NCBI RefSeq assembly: GCF_002571385.2 | Contig: NW_019217790.1 | Coordinates: 1,313,998 to 1,377,997, forward strand | Direction: 5' to 3' | Length of the DNA: 64,000 nucleotides | DNA from: Stylophora pistillata | Lineage: Eukaryota | In this document: in pieces, positions 23,719-37,033 of the stretch | How positions within the stretch are numbered: the stretch's first letter is position 1 | Layout of the letters: each line of letters begins with the position of its first letter | Made by a program: the position numbers and the translations under genes | Notes under the pieces: model-generated | What the model saw: only the letters and a program-made list of their open reading frames with translations | Told to the model about the DNA's origin: nothing | Databases searched by the model: none

Positions 23719-26700
23719 GGTACAATGAATATATGAAGTTCATATATTCATTGTACCTGATTTTTCATCACGGGTTTATTACGAATCAACTTAATGGCCT
23801 GCTCCCAGTTGGCTTGTTAGCTCAATTGGTAGAGAGCTGCACTAGTATCGCAGAGGTCAGTGGTTCAAATCCCATACAGGCCTGATTTTTTCAGGTCTGA
23901 TTTTTGCTATTGCATAAATAGCGCTCTCTACTGCGAGGATTGTGCATCATACGTATTATTATTGTTATTATTAACTAGTAGTTGCTTTCGTGATTTTTAT
24001 ATGTAGGTCGGTTTTGTTATCAAAGTTAGTTTGGGTCTGATACGAGTCTGATCCTAGAGAACCAAATTTAATAAAGATGTATTCATTATTATTATTATTA
24101 TTTATTGATACTAATATTGTGGATCAACAGGCAAACAGGTCAAGATACAGTTGAAGAAGTCCGCAGCCGAGACTTCCGCAAAGATTTGGAAGAGAGAGAA
24201 CGTCAAGCAGCACGCGAGCGAGTTAAGGAGAAAGGAAATAGATCAGCAGTTGAACAGCCAAAGAGACCCCGACTTGATCAACCACCTCCCTCAAATCTAG
24301 ATGCAGATGATCCAGTTGATGATGATGATGACTATGATTCTGATGAAAGGTGCTATGTTTTTACATCTCATTGACTCTCATATTACACTGTGTTGAGCAG
24401 ACATTGGGAAGTTTTTTCATTCAAGTTCTCACAGAAGTTTGTGCAAAAACTGTCAACAGTACTTTCCATTAGCACATGTAGAAACTCATTTCACATTGTA
24501 GGTCCTACAAGTCAATATTTTTAAATTTATACACAAATTCATATCTTTTTTCTTAATCAATGGTCCATAGTGATGATGAAGATGACACAGCAGAACTTCT
24601 TGCTGAGCTGCAGAGAATAAAAAAAGAAAGAGCCCAAGAGGAAGCTAAAAAGGTTTGATATACTATTGATTACTCCTTGAAAGATTACATGTTTTTTTTC
24701 CTCTCTCTTTTTCTTCATAAAATATTGCATGCATGTACACTGTAATTACACAGTGATTTGTAGGTGTCCTGTTCCAGGCATTCAGTAAGTAAAATGAAGT
24801 GAAGTTAGTAGCAGAGGTGTGAAAAAAAAGGCAGCCTTGGGTCTGGTGGCATAATGATTGATGACACAACCCAAACCTCTCTTAATTTTCACTCTACCAC
24901 TGCTATCCCACTCTATACAATTTTACACAGATTTGGACTGTTTTATTTGCTTAACCCATTAATGGCCGCAGCTTTTGTGGAAAACTGTGTTTTGAAGCTA
25001 GTCCAGCAGATTTCGGGTCACTGTTGGGGTTTTAAAAGCTCTAACTTACCAAAAACCACTTGACAGCTCATGCACTCGACGGCCTTTCGATCCAAATGCA
25101 AAATGGCGGCCTGAAAATCTCGGGCACGCGCAGAGAGCAAAATTTCGACATAGTTTTTGGGTTGAAAAGTCANNNNNNNNNNNNNNNNNNNNNNNNNNNN
25201 NNNNNNNNNNNNNNNNNNNNNNNNNNNNNNNNNNNNNNNNNNNNNNNNNNNNNNNNNNNNNNNNNNNNNNNNNNNNNNNNNNNNNNNNNNNNNNNNNNNN
25301 NNNNNNNNNNNNNNNNNNNNNNNNNNNNNNNNNNNNNNNNNNNNNNNNNNNNNNNNNNNNNNNNNNNNNNNNNNNNNNNNNNNNNNNNNNNNNNNNNNNN
25401 NNNNNNNNNNNNNNNNNNNNNNNNNNNNNNNNNNNNNNNNNNNNNNNNNNNNNNNNGCCCCACTTACGACTTCTACTTTTCTCTCTTTCTCCTGCCCTTT
25501 TTTTCCCCTCTCCTTGCCTAAAGTTTCTCCTCACTTGCTGGAAATTGAGTAGGCTTCATTTTGGTGTAGAGATTTTTCAGAAACTACTCATTATTTTCAA
25601 AGCACATGCTCGGAAAGGTAGGTGGGTAGTGAAACACGATCTTCGTGCAGATTTTCCGGTCAAAGTGACACGGTTTTTTGGCTATTTCTCCAATCTCCTC
25701 CACTCAATTGCGCTCATTCTGGTATCGTCTGCAAGATATTTTCAACCCGTTCAAGTAGATGCTCGAATTCGTGCTCCAGGGTTAAAATTGATGACGTCAC
25801 AGGGCATAGAAAGGGTGTGGGTCCCCATGGGCGCATACGGGTGCACTGGACGTTAATGGGTTAAAGCCTGGAACAGGCTAATGTGGAGGTAATCTGTAGA
25901 ATACTGTATATTTTCTGCAGAACATAATCATGCACTACTAACTATCCAAAACTTTATTGGTTGTGCTGCTCGACGTAACAATCCATAATTATTTGAATTA
26001 TGACAAAACTCTTTGAAGAGATTATATTTCATAGTTTCACCTTATGCAATGGTGGTGTGTTGTATGGCAGGAGAGAGAAAAGAAAGAAGAAGAGGAACGA
26101 ATAAGAATGGAAAATATCATGACAGGAAATCCTTTACTCAGTGCACAGAACAATTTCAAAGTGAAGAGGAGGTATTCAGTGGTGATGATAAAATCATGAC
26201 ATTGGCAGTGAATTTCTCTAATTCAAGTGTTTGGCTTATTTGTATGCATTGTTTGTTTATTCTTTAAAATCACTATATCCATTGTGGAACCTAACTTTAT
26301 CATGTTGGTTTTTCATATATTAAGATGGGACGATGATGTTGTATTCAAGAACTGTGCAAAAGGAGAGGATGGAAAAAAGGTGAGATGCATACTCTCAAAA
26401 TTATTTGTCTCTAGAATTGGCAACACCTGTTTAGTAATTTCCTCCTCTGGTGTACATTTTCCTTTAAATTAACTGAATGAATTTGGTATCTTCAGAATAA
26501 CACTCCCTCGGTGATGGGGTATTCTACTCATCATCTGTTTTCTGAATTATGGAGAGAGTTATTTGTTGAAAATATTTTTATGACATGGTACACATATAGC
26601 CTATGTTCAGTAAGAACATTCAGTAAGTGTACTCATTGATATTAGGGACCTTAAGAAACCACAATGGCGACGGCAACGAGGACATGGAAAAACAAGAGAT

Positions 26701-27284
26701 CTAATTGGCAGAACAACAGCTCAGCACGTGCGTTTTGAAACTTTGTACATTTCTTAGCCGTCCTATGCAAAACAACAACTTGAAATAGCCAAAATTTGCT
26801 TAGTCTGAGAACCGAAACCGCGACGGCAAATTATTTTAACTTCCATTTGGAACTCAACGGCTACTTTATACATCATGCTGAAGTCGAGCCATAGGGCTGT
26901 ATGAGACAGTAAGCTCCTGCAGCCATTTTTAAAATTCTAACTAAGAGTAGAAATTCATTTTTTAATCGAAGTCTTCCTTGGTGTCGCCGTCGTGGTTTCT
27001 TAAGGTCCCTATTCTCCTCATTGACACACCCTCAAAGTTCTCTTCAAGACAGTGACAGTGAAGTTCAATTGATCTCTTGCTTGAGAGCCTCTGACTTGGG
27101 TACAGAGAAATCATGGACTTGACAATTCTCTTCTTTGAATAATTATTGTGTATTATGTTAATAGTTATTGTAGTTATGATTTTTACTTTTGTTCTTGTTT
27201 GTCCTTTTATAGGAACAACACTTCATCAACGACACCTTACGTTCAGAATTCCACAAGAAATTCATGCAAAAATATGTAAAATAA
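22886..27284 (+). CDS. CWC15: Spliceosome-associated protein CWC15
   Basis: Exons 22886-23016, 24131-24349, 24571-24652, 26071-26171, 26325-26379 and 27213-27284 encode [92 protein letters not shown]. Confidence 0.97.
23397..23457. repeat. (TTA)n microsatellite; a second tract at ~23688-23718
   Basis: Direct inspection. Confidence 0.9.
23720..23955 (+). mobile_element. tRNA-derived interspersed repeat (SINE-like)
   Basis: GGCTTGT-TAGCTCAATTGGTAGAG (A box) ... GGTTCAAATCC (B box) ..ACAGGCC at 23811-23882, with an imperfect anticodon stem. Same family as 36700-36965 and 41277-41612. Confidence 0.7.
24955..25860 (+). mobile_element. piggyBac-like non-autonomous element (TTAA TSD), interrupted by a 284-N gap
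   Basis: TTAA|CCCATTAA ... TTAATGGG|TTAA; a close copy lies in the opposite orientation at 54590-55213. Confidence 0.85.
26643..27011. mobile_element. ~370-bp MITE with AGGGAC..GTCCCT TIRs
   Basis: TAGGGACCTTAAGAAACCAC / GTGGTTTCTTAAGGTCCCTA; a colinear second copy lies at 33537-33906. Confidence 0.8.
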
Positions 27285-30200
27285 TGAAAATGAGGTGACT
27301 GTTATCAAGACAACTTTGCATACAAATATCTTCTTCTGGTAACAGTAAAATGCTGGGTAGCAACTATTATTAGAGAGAACTTTGCTTTCCAAGAACTGAG
27401 AATGCTTTTATTGTAAGTAGGGAGACCTTGTTCATTTATCTCTCATATGCACTCCAGTTCATTTCTCAAGATGGTCTCATCTGATATCCTCACACAGAAG
27501 GAGAGCATGTCTGCTTGTGAAGCAGTGTACTAAACTACATTCATTCAACTTACAACCAGTTTTTTCCATCTAATTTCTGATCATCTGATTGATCATAAAT
27601 TAACCAGTGTTATTTAAGTGTGGTGAATATTTTTCCTGGAGTTTTTTTGCTTTCGCTTGTCTAAGAAACATGTGATAGAAAGTTAGAAAGGGAATGTGAG
27701 AATTTGCAAACTTTTTTAATTCTATAGTTTAGAAAATGGTTTTTGGAGTAGTACCTCCCATCATGTGAATACTTAGTCATCTGCTCCAGTCAATCTCTTC
27801 TGTAATCTCTTTACATAAAAAAAAACCTGAAGGATCTTAATTCCAGTGAAATAAAAGCATCTTTTGCTGACTTTGCCTACTTCTGTATACATTAACAGTC
27901 CTAAAATTTTTATCTTGATGTAACTGGGTCTCACCAAACTTTAAACATATAACTCTTCTTGGCCTTGGAGGAGTACCCACCCTAAACAATCCTTTCATAC
28001 TCCCTGGGGCCTGTTAATGCCAACTTTCTTGGTTAAGAAGGTGTAGACAAATTATCTCATTCACAAGTTATTAATTTCAAGTCTTTCACCATGGCCAGCT
28101 GAAACATGGATGTGCAAGTGTGTTTGTACCAGGAAATGAAAGTCGATCACAAGGAAATCTAGTACCAAACTTGGCAATCAAGTAATCCTTTACACTGCAT
28201 CACTATGGATATTCTCCATACTGTTCTTCAGTCATTTCTTGGGGCACTAACAAGAATTTGTTGAACAATCAAAAGCTTCTTTAGTAGCAGATCATTTTCT
28301 TTATTATTGTGCCCTTAATGTTTGATTTAGGGGTGGTCTGTAGGGAGAAATTAGATGTCAGTTGTTTATAAGGGTTAAGAGCATCTGAGGGACATTACAG
28401 TCAAAATTTAAGCCAAAAAAAAAACAGTAAAATACTTTTGAAGTGTTTATTCTATGAATGATGTCAGTTACTTGTAGGAAATGAATATTCTGAGAGCTAT
28501 TTACAATTTAAAATTTAAGCTATCAGTAGTTAAAGACAATAGCATTACACATTTAAATGGTCCTAACTGTTGCAGTTACATGTAGTATTCTTAGCCATAA
28601 AAATTGACTATAAAAACTGGTGCTACATAGATCTTGCCACATACATGTACGCTATGGATATTACAATACCATGACTGTGAATTTGGCACTTGAAAGTAAT
28701 AATGACTAAATGAACTTGCAAGCTTTGAGAATGTTATCCAGACTTGAGAAAAGAATGAAATTGCCGACTGAAAATGAATAGATAATGTACAAGGTAAATT
28801 TATCATAAGGCCCATACAGCCCTGTGTACACTTTTGTTAAAAAAAAAACATAATTGCAAAGTCCCTGTATGAGAACTGATGGTAGTGATATCACAAGTAG
28901 GACTGGAAAATGCATAATGACCTTGTAAGAAATAGGCTAAAAGAAAAGTTGCAAGAAAAAAAACCAGCCCCAGTCATACAATAAAACACTTATTGGTTGA
29001 TATAAGTTAGGCTGAGAGGGAAATATTTGCTCTCGTTCCATACATCATGTTCTTGAGAGAACAATTTCCTATCCAGCCCTACTTCCCAGTCAATAGGTGT
29101 ATTAACAAAGCATTTTATCCTTCAACACCCAAGAGCTCATTTGCAATCTTCTCTTTCACATTCTACATATTTCCTTTCCATTGCTGATAAAAATATCCAT
29201 TGGCATTATATCATGATACCAGCCTCTGACCCATAAGTTTGTTACATGTTCATCACTGATGAAAACAGGTGACAGGTTTGACTGAAATCACTTCTATCTA
29301 TCAACTCTAGCCTGGCCTGCTGCTCAATAAACTGCTTGGTCAGGGAAAACTTGGGACAAGCAAAAAACCCGATAGCTCTTTACCACTCCTATTTACAGCT
29401 AATCATATTTACACAACTTGGTTATGACAGATCTACTTCACCAAACTGAAACATCTTGGGGGATTAGTACTTTTAAAAAAAAAGATGGTAAATACAGGGA
29501 AACATTTCAAAGCCAGGAATAAAGGCTATGATCAGATGAATGCCATATAGTCCATTCTGGATATGTACATCTCATAAAATCTACCTAACCAACAAGGCCC
29601 TCAAGATGAGTCTTTAGAAAACTCAAATCAGCGGTTCCCACAACCGAAAAAAGGCCGGTCATCCCACCAACACCCCTGTTGAGGACCATTCCCAACCAGG
29701 TCAAGATCACCAAATAAAATCCACTCATGAATCAACGAGACTACTTATCTTTCACATTCATACATGCAAAATGAGCTGGGAGTTTTATGCAAGACAATAC
29801 TTCATAAGAACAACCAAAATTTTCACAGATTTGATTTCAACAAGTGCCTTTGTTGGATGATTTTTCAGTCTTGCTTGTACTAGGTATGGGAAAATAAGAG
29901 TTTTCCCTCTGACTAGTTCAAAGATGTTGTAATCACTGAAAGTCACTGAACATTTACATTTCACATGGCTATAGCTATTAATTAGAATATTAAAATTTTA
30001 AGTGATCACCTCAGATAAAATCTTTGTTTAGAAACTAAACACAGTAACTGAATGGTTGAGAAACTTCAACTGCAACTCATGACAAGGCAAATCAATAATC
30101 TGATCTTTTCAAAATCCAACATAGGCACTTGTATGACCTGAAACTACTGCACTCCAAAAGCACAGCTGCATGGGTTTCAACAAGAGCAAAATTAGCTGTT

Positions 30201-31321
30201 TTTGTCAAGCAAAATCATCTTCTATTTTCCCTGAAATTAAATTAACATTTGAGTAAAGATCAAACTTCCAGTAGAAACCTACTTTGCAGTTTTTTCCCAT
30301 GTAACTCAAAACTTACTGGAACCCCTACAGCTGTACAGTTCTGTACATTCTACTTATGAATTAACCTGTGCTGAAACTATAAGTACAAGAGCAGTCTGTG
30401 CCAATGTCCAAAATCAAAATATTCAACTCAACATAATGGTAAGTTATGGTTAAAATTTCCTTGACACAGGTGTTAGAGGTAGAAAAAATACATGTTGGAC
30501 CCTAAGGTGATTTGAACACAAAGTTTCAAAATAATTTATCTACAAATTAGAGGGGGAAAAAACATCCACAAACTTAAAGTAAATTTACATGACAATCAAA
30601 TAATCCTGGAGACCAATCTTGCATATTGTAAGGTTCCAACACTCTTGGAATATATGTTTAGAGTGACTATCAAATTGATTTTTACCATCCTACGATGATG
30701 ACTACCTAACTCTATATTTGGTCAAACTATCTTATAATAAATGTACAAAATGGCAAGTGTTCTAATATTTATCTATTGCCATTGTGAAAATGGATCTATG
30801 TACTCTTATAAAGCTCTAAAATACTGTATGTTCATTTATTTTTGGGATAGAAAAATAAACCTGAGGGTAAAAAATCAATATAGGATGTTAGTAAGAAAAA
30901 AGTTTTTTCTACATTTTTTGAGTATCCTCTTTTCTCAAACAGTGGTATGAAGCTTGTACCTAATGATTAGTATGTGAAACACTAAACATAAATCAGACCC
31001 TTTCATTTTTCTATTTTTCACTCCCTCATTAACTCAGCAGCTCTTCACTCTGGCTATCTTTTTAAGACTTAAATGTACAAATATACAACCCTTTCCTCTT
31101 TTTTCATAAGTGGTATTTAAAAGCTTAGTACACTGATGTTTGGACCTCAGAGGTAAATTCACTATCACGAACCCCTAATCTTAAGATTTCAAATTTACTT
31201 GACTGTTCTACCTAACCATCATACAGCTCTTGGAAATAGATGTACCCCAAAAGGAATCAGGAAAACAAAAATTACAAAATAGAAATAGATACCTAAATGT
31301 ATCTCTCAACTTGTGCTCTCA

Positions 31322-34300
31322 TTAATCTTGAACAGGAGAAAAGGTGAAACAAGATGGTGAATTCCCTAGTGTTCTTGGGAGGCTTTGGGTTGTTGATGGA
31401 CCTGCCAGAGGTGATCTTGGGGGAGTAAATTTTGAACGGTACAATGGTTGTCTTGGTAACTCTCCAAAGAGCATTGGAGTAGCAGTTGACGATGATGTCG
31501 AGGCATCTGAAGCTGAAGAGCTGCCAGGATCCTCATGAATATTATTTACCTCCTCAAAGTTTATATGCTCTGATTCAACTGGACCGTTTGGAGAGCAGTT
31601 GAGTGGTGACACATCACAGAGACGTTTTGATGGACTGACTCCAGGCTCAAAGCCTTCTGATGGCCCTAAATACAAGAAAATTCTGATGTAAAATACTTTG
31701 TGCCGTTTAGTCATGATAACAATGTCACTAAATAAAATTTTTTTATAAATACCCCATGGTTAGCAACATCACAATGTGTTAACCTACATTTTCTTTTCAG
31801 TGTCAAGGTACTTGGTCTAAAATATACAGGGCTGAGACTTCTACGCCTGCAAATTGGTATAAAAAAATTAATCAACCTTAAGTTACAAATCATGCACAAA
31901 ATTTAGAAGTGACAAAAAAACAACATCACAACTCTTTCAGCTTACGTGAATGTTGTTCTAGTAGGACTTGGTATAGGACTTGGAGTGAGGCTTCTTGCGT
32001 TCCTCATCCCCTGAAAGCAAAAAATAATTGTTTTTTTTTTTTCAAAAATAAAAACTACAGCTAAATTATAGTCACTAGGCTAAGACTAGAATAATTATAG
32101 TCCACTTTAAGAGCTCCCCTGGCATACTAACATCTACCCTGCGAGCAGAGCCTTTTCTTCTTCTCTTCTTTTGAACCATCCAAGGGAAAAGGCTCTGCCA
32201 ACATCCTGTTGTTGCTTTGAAATGCCGAAAGCCCAAAACTCCGGGCTACTCAAGCCGGTTTTGCCCCCAGTCAAACCGGTTTTGGTGCACACGCCTTTGT
32301 TTTTCATGTACACAGATGACCAAATCTGCGCCCACAATAGTTCAAGGGGGCCTGGAAAAGGATCAGTTTCTAGGCAACCGCCGCACATGTTCAAACAAGC
32401 AACAACAGGATGTTGGCAGAGTCTTTTTCCCTTTTTGATTCGAGGACTGCTCACAGGATAACTAACATCACTCATTTTCTTTTTTTTGACTCGTGCAACA
32501 GACTTTGCCAAAAAGAAGAGACTGCTTATAGTCAATATAGTCACTGGTATACATATCCAAGTACAGTCTAGCATAGTTTTTTGTCAGTACATTGGCCAAT
32601 TTTTCATTCCATATTCAAAACTAGAGAAGGCCGGAAGACCAGCTTTTTGTACTGAATTTGTAGACAGATTACTACAGTTCACTGAGAGTACAAACTATTG
32701 GGGCCTTTTGTGAAAATGGATTGTTTTTGACAATAAATATATAACCTTTTGTAAACACTGGTCATCAAATATAATTGCATCATACGTATAATTGCATTGT
32801 ATCAACAATCCAGTACAGTAGTTTTTTCAAAAATCAAGTGCTCAGTCAAATCTCTGAGAACCTGGAGAATACATTACTTAGAGACACATATCCTGAACAT
32901 TTTGTCTAGATTACACTTCAGTAGTTTGTTGATGTATTATGACTGTCTCGGTAAGTGACATCATGGAAAGGACTACTGTCATTCAAAAGGACTGACATCA
33001 AATACAATCTTGACTCTGATTATGAATTCTGCTCAAACCATCAAAACATCAGCTTCTCTTTTCAGGATAACTCTACCCTGGATAATCAAGCTAAACGATT
33101 TGATCATTTATACACTGGTTTAGAAACATTTGAATTGAAATATTATCATAGATTCTGACCCTCTGATTGTTTGTTGGTGACGATGATAACGATGATGGTG
33201 ATGGGAATGGATGTCTGTGGTCATCAAAGGAGTTGCGTCGTTCATGCATGTCTGCATCATGGTTTTTATCATGATCCTGTAAAGAAGAAGTAAAATAAAC
33301 ATAGTTGTTTTTATGGTTAGAGAAGTCACCCTACAGAAATGTGAAAGCTTTCAAAATGTTGATCAATGATTTAAAGGTTGAACTGTGATTTATCCTCAAG
33401 GAGTATCTCTTTTTCTATACTTGTCCTATTTCCTTTTACTGCTTTGCGGAAATGAGAACTTGGATCAGTTACAGACCTTCAATTGTAAAGCCATCAAGCT
33501 GTTCAGAATAATCATTACACACTTTTTCTCAGATAATAGGGACTTTACGCAAACGACGACGGCTACGGCAACGAGATCGTGGAAAAACAATAGATCGAAT
33601 TGGCAGAACAATAGCCCAGCATGTGCGTTTTAAAACTTTGTACATTTCGTAGCCGTCCTTTGCAAAACAACAATGTGAAATCACCAAAATTTGTGTTGTC
33701 TGCGAAGTGAAACCGCAGCGACAAATTATTTTAATCTACATTTAGAACTCAACGCTACTTTTATGCGTTATGTTGAGTTTGAGGTCTGGCGCCCTATGAG
33801 ACGGCAAACACATGCAGCCATTTTCGAAATTCTAACTAAAAGTAGAAACTCATTTTTTAATCGACGCCTTCCGTGGTGTTGCCGTCCTGACTGCTTAAAG
33901 TCCCCAATGTTTTTGGTAATGGTAAACAAGACTATTCTGAGGCCCATGCAATGCACAAAGCCTCCAGATTTTAAATTCCCCTCACTACATATGCTATAAA
34001 TATCAGAGAAAATTATTAAGGAATTATTCAGAGTCAGTTAAGTATTTCATTACTTCAACATGCAATAACACATCAAAATAATAAAGAATGACAAAAAATT
34101 TAAAATAAGAATGGATATTCCTAAATAAAAGACTGTCACTTCTCACAAGACTCACCATTAAAGTCATGTGATCATGCATTCCAATTGTAAGAGATAGTTC
34201 ACTGTGGAAATAAGCAAAACAAATAGTAATAGTAGTTTGCAAAGTATTTCATCTTTTGTCCGAAACTTATAATTAATAAGAAACAGTCATTATTTTCTCT

Positions 34301-35980
34301 ATAGAATTATTCAAATTTAAGAGAAAACTTATGAATCACATGAAAAAAATTTCACATTACCCTCCATTCAAAACTTCTCCTGATCCATAAAGGGATAAAA
34401 ATCTATAATAAAACTGACTGACTCCTTAAAAAACCCTGCCATGTACAGGTTAAATTGATGCCTAGAGTTATGGCTCTGTGGTATGTAAGGAGACTCTCAT
34501 CATGAATTTCTAACCAAAACATCCATTATTTTGCAGCAAATATCATCATGTGTGAGACAAAATTAGTTTTTCGATAATTTTTTCATTTTATTAATACTTT
34601 CACAAATGACTCATAATTTCAGAATCAGGTACTAGTAATTTCGGAGAAAAAAGTTCAGAGCCAAGGAGGCAGAAAATTGATGCTGCAGTGAAATTCTGGA
34701 TATGTTAGACACAATGTTGTGCCAATGCACTCAATTAGATTTGCACCCAGGTAGTCTGGTCTACAGAGAGGAATTAAAAAACTTTAAACAGGATATAAAT
34801 ATTTTATGAAAATTGAAGACGTTAATTGCTTGTCAAATGTATGTGAAATGATTTCAGTAATATAAACTTTATTTCAAAAGACTATAATTGTTATGGATTT
34901 TTTAGTAATTTGAAGCTTTAGATATTTTGTTAGAAATAACGAACGATGTGTCTGACTTCCATCAGGTACGACTTGGTAGCATTTAAGGTAAATACAGTGT
35001 AAATGAAAATTAACCAAGGGCAATATCTAAGAATGTCACAAAATAAATCTTATGGGAATATTCTACTTTCTGGCTACTGAAATTCAAAAGACGTCTAGCG
35101 TAACAATAGAACAGACAGAACGAAAAGTCGCCGGATTGTAAATACTTCTACTAAGTTTGCTGTTATCTTAAATTCCACTCTAATCTCGCGTAAGTCAAGC
35201 GTGATCATCGATCTAACACAAATACAGCATACAAACAAGCCCGTCAGTAACGATGTAGAAAAAAATGCTCAGAAGAGAAGTACGAATCTCCTCATGCGAA
35301 GTTATCACATCTATAAAAATAAGAATGAATGAAAACAAATTATAAGAGTTTAGCTGCCAAGCATTTACTTACTGTGCGACTTACCTTTCAATTTGTCTCT
35401 CCCGACTTGCCTCGTCCATACTTTCTAGCTCTTCCTATGAAAGTTACAATGAAATACAATAATTTTTCTCCTTACCTTATCACGATTAAGGGCTCAACCA
35501 AAGCCTTTTTGATAGCATTATAAATGCTTGAAGATACAGCATCATTTACAGAGAATGTACTAATTTAGAACTCAGCATGAATTGATAACAAGACGAAGTA
35601 CAAAGTCGTTACAAGAAGTTATTCTACAGAACAAAAAAAAAATAAAATAAAATATACCCTTTTGATCTGTGCTATTCTTGATGCAGGAGATCCCTGAAAA
35701 ATAATTACAGCAGAAGAGAACACACAGCTGCTTAGAACTGCAAAATGTAGCCCAAAATAGGAAATTCTTTCTTGACATTTTTCGCGGAATTTTTACTTAC
35801 AATGTTCACAGCCATTTGACTCGTCGAAAATCGACGCTGCCTTGCAGTCTGCAGTGGCTGAAATATAGGAATGGCCTCACTCACTACAGCAGCGCTCACA
35901 TTAGGAGCTGAATTTGATCTTCGTAGGGTACTTGAAGGTAAATGGCCTAAGTCATCGGTTTCCATTGCATTAGCCGCCAT
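31322..35980 (-). CDS. FAM122A: FAM122/PABIR family protein (PP2A-B55 inhibitor)
   Basis: Exons 35980-35801, 35693-35658, 35434-35385, 34201-34156, 33276-33160, 32010-31946, 31846-31788 and 31665-31322 are phase-compatible. Motifs are LRRSNSAP, SRIAQIKREE (cf. RLHQIKQEE), SPIPSPTR, RRSLSP..RPS..LKRK, SPSKR and the terminal FTFSPV. Confidence 0.88.
32135..32460. mobile_element. 326-bp non-autonomous element with perfect 9-bp TSD (AcademH-like)
   Basis: TACCCTGCGAGCAG ... CTGCTCACAGGATA; ACTAACATC at 32126-32134 and 32461-32469; same terminus as the 3885-3954 element. Confidence 0.85.
33537..33906. mobile_element. Second copy of the 26643-27011 MITE family
   Basis: Colinear similarity over the full length; degenerate TIRs TAGGGACTTTA / TAAAGTCCCCA. 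Confidence 0.75.
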
Positions 35981-36313
35981 ATTTGCTTTACGGCTATCAC
36001 AGACAACATCTGGAAGCGCGCAAGGGATTGTTCCGGTTTGGCGCTTCCGCTCGTGCCAGTCTCCATTTCCTGTGCATTTTCCAAGGTGGAGGAAATCGAC
36101 TAAGCTAAAACATCATGAAAAATGCAAATCTAAAGCAGGAGACCGCTTTATTTCCTATGCTACCTGAAGTTATTATGTCCACAGTGTTAACGTAGCCTCA
36201 ACCTACAAATATACGCACTTATTGCTCACTAAAGGGATACCTTTGCTTGTCCGCAATTGGTTAAACTTGTCATGTGACCGTTATTCTTCGGCTTATTTCC
36301 AAATTATCTTTGT

Positions 36314-36344
<31 letters not shown>

Positions 36345-36699
36345 ATTTAACTCACTTTCATATGAATGATTTAGCATCAGGCCGTGTTTTGAAAGAGTCC
36401 AAAAGTAAAGAAAGATGTTTTCTGTCTTTGTCACGAGCGTGGGAAGGTCTGTGTATGAAAAATAATGCAGTCATAACCCATCGTTACCCGTTACTTTACT
36501 GATTCATTTCCATCATTTGGCTGAAAAATCGGAAATCATTCAGTATCATCAAGTATCCTTGGCCACCAATCCTCGTCACTAAAAATCATACTTAGGGCCG
36601 ACGTTAGACATCATCTGCCGTCACTGAACATCACTATCCACCATCCTAAGGCATCGTTGCCATTAATCAACATCATACGCTGTTACAACAAATCTATCA

Positions 36700-36965
36700 C
36701 CGTATATATGCACGATCCTCGCAGTAAAGCACTATTTAAGCAATAGTGAAAATCAGGCCTAAAAAATTTCAGGCGTGTACGGGATTCGAACCACTGACCT
36801 CTGCGATACTAGTGCAGCATTCTACCAATTGAGCTAACAAACCAACTGGTAGAGCGCTGCACTAGTATCGCAGAGGTCAGTGGTTCGAATCCCGTACAGG
36901 CCCGATTTTCACTATTGCTTAAATAGTGCTTTACTGCGAGGATTTTGCACATTTACGTTTCATAA
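36700..36965. mobile_element. Head-to-head inverted pair of tRNA-derived repeats
   Basis: GGGATTCGAACCACTGACCTCTGCGATACTAGTGCAGC.. is mirrored by ..GCTGCACTAGTATCGCAGAGGTCAGTGGTTCGAATCCC; arms extend to ATCCTCGCAGTAAAGCACTATTTAAGCAATAGTGAAAATC and its reverse complement. Confidence 0.75.
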
Positions 36966-37033
36966 CCGTAGTTAAGATATATGTCTTTCATATAATCGTT
37001 GTGTTTAAATCTATCACCGTTGTTGAATATCAT

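Noticed and set aside
23811-23882. Possible tRNA-Thr gene
   Set aside because: The anticodon stem is imperfect, and the unit is embedded in a repeat with several diverged copies in the window; it is SINE-like, not a tRNA gene.
25046-25864. ORFs of 80-162 aa (also 54576-55040)
   Set aside because: They are produced by the N-run or lie within the non-autonomous TTAA element; no transposase motifs.
32134-32574. 146-aa ORF in a FAM122 intron
   Set aside because: It lies mostly within the 326-bp non-autonomous element and has no recognisable domain.
35260-35310. Candidate extra FAM122 exon (DVITSHEEI..)
   Set aside because: Phase-incompatible with exon 3, and exons 3-4 already align without gaps.
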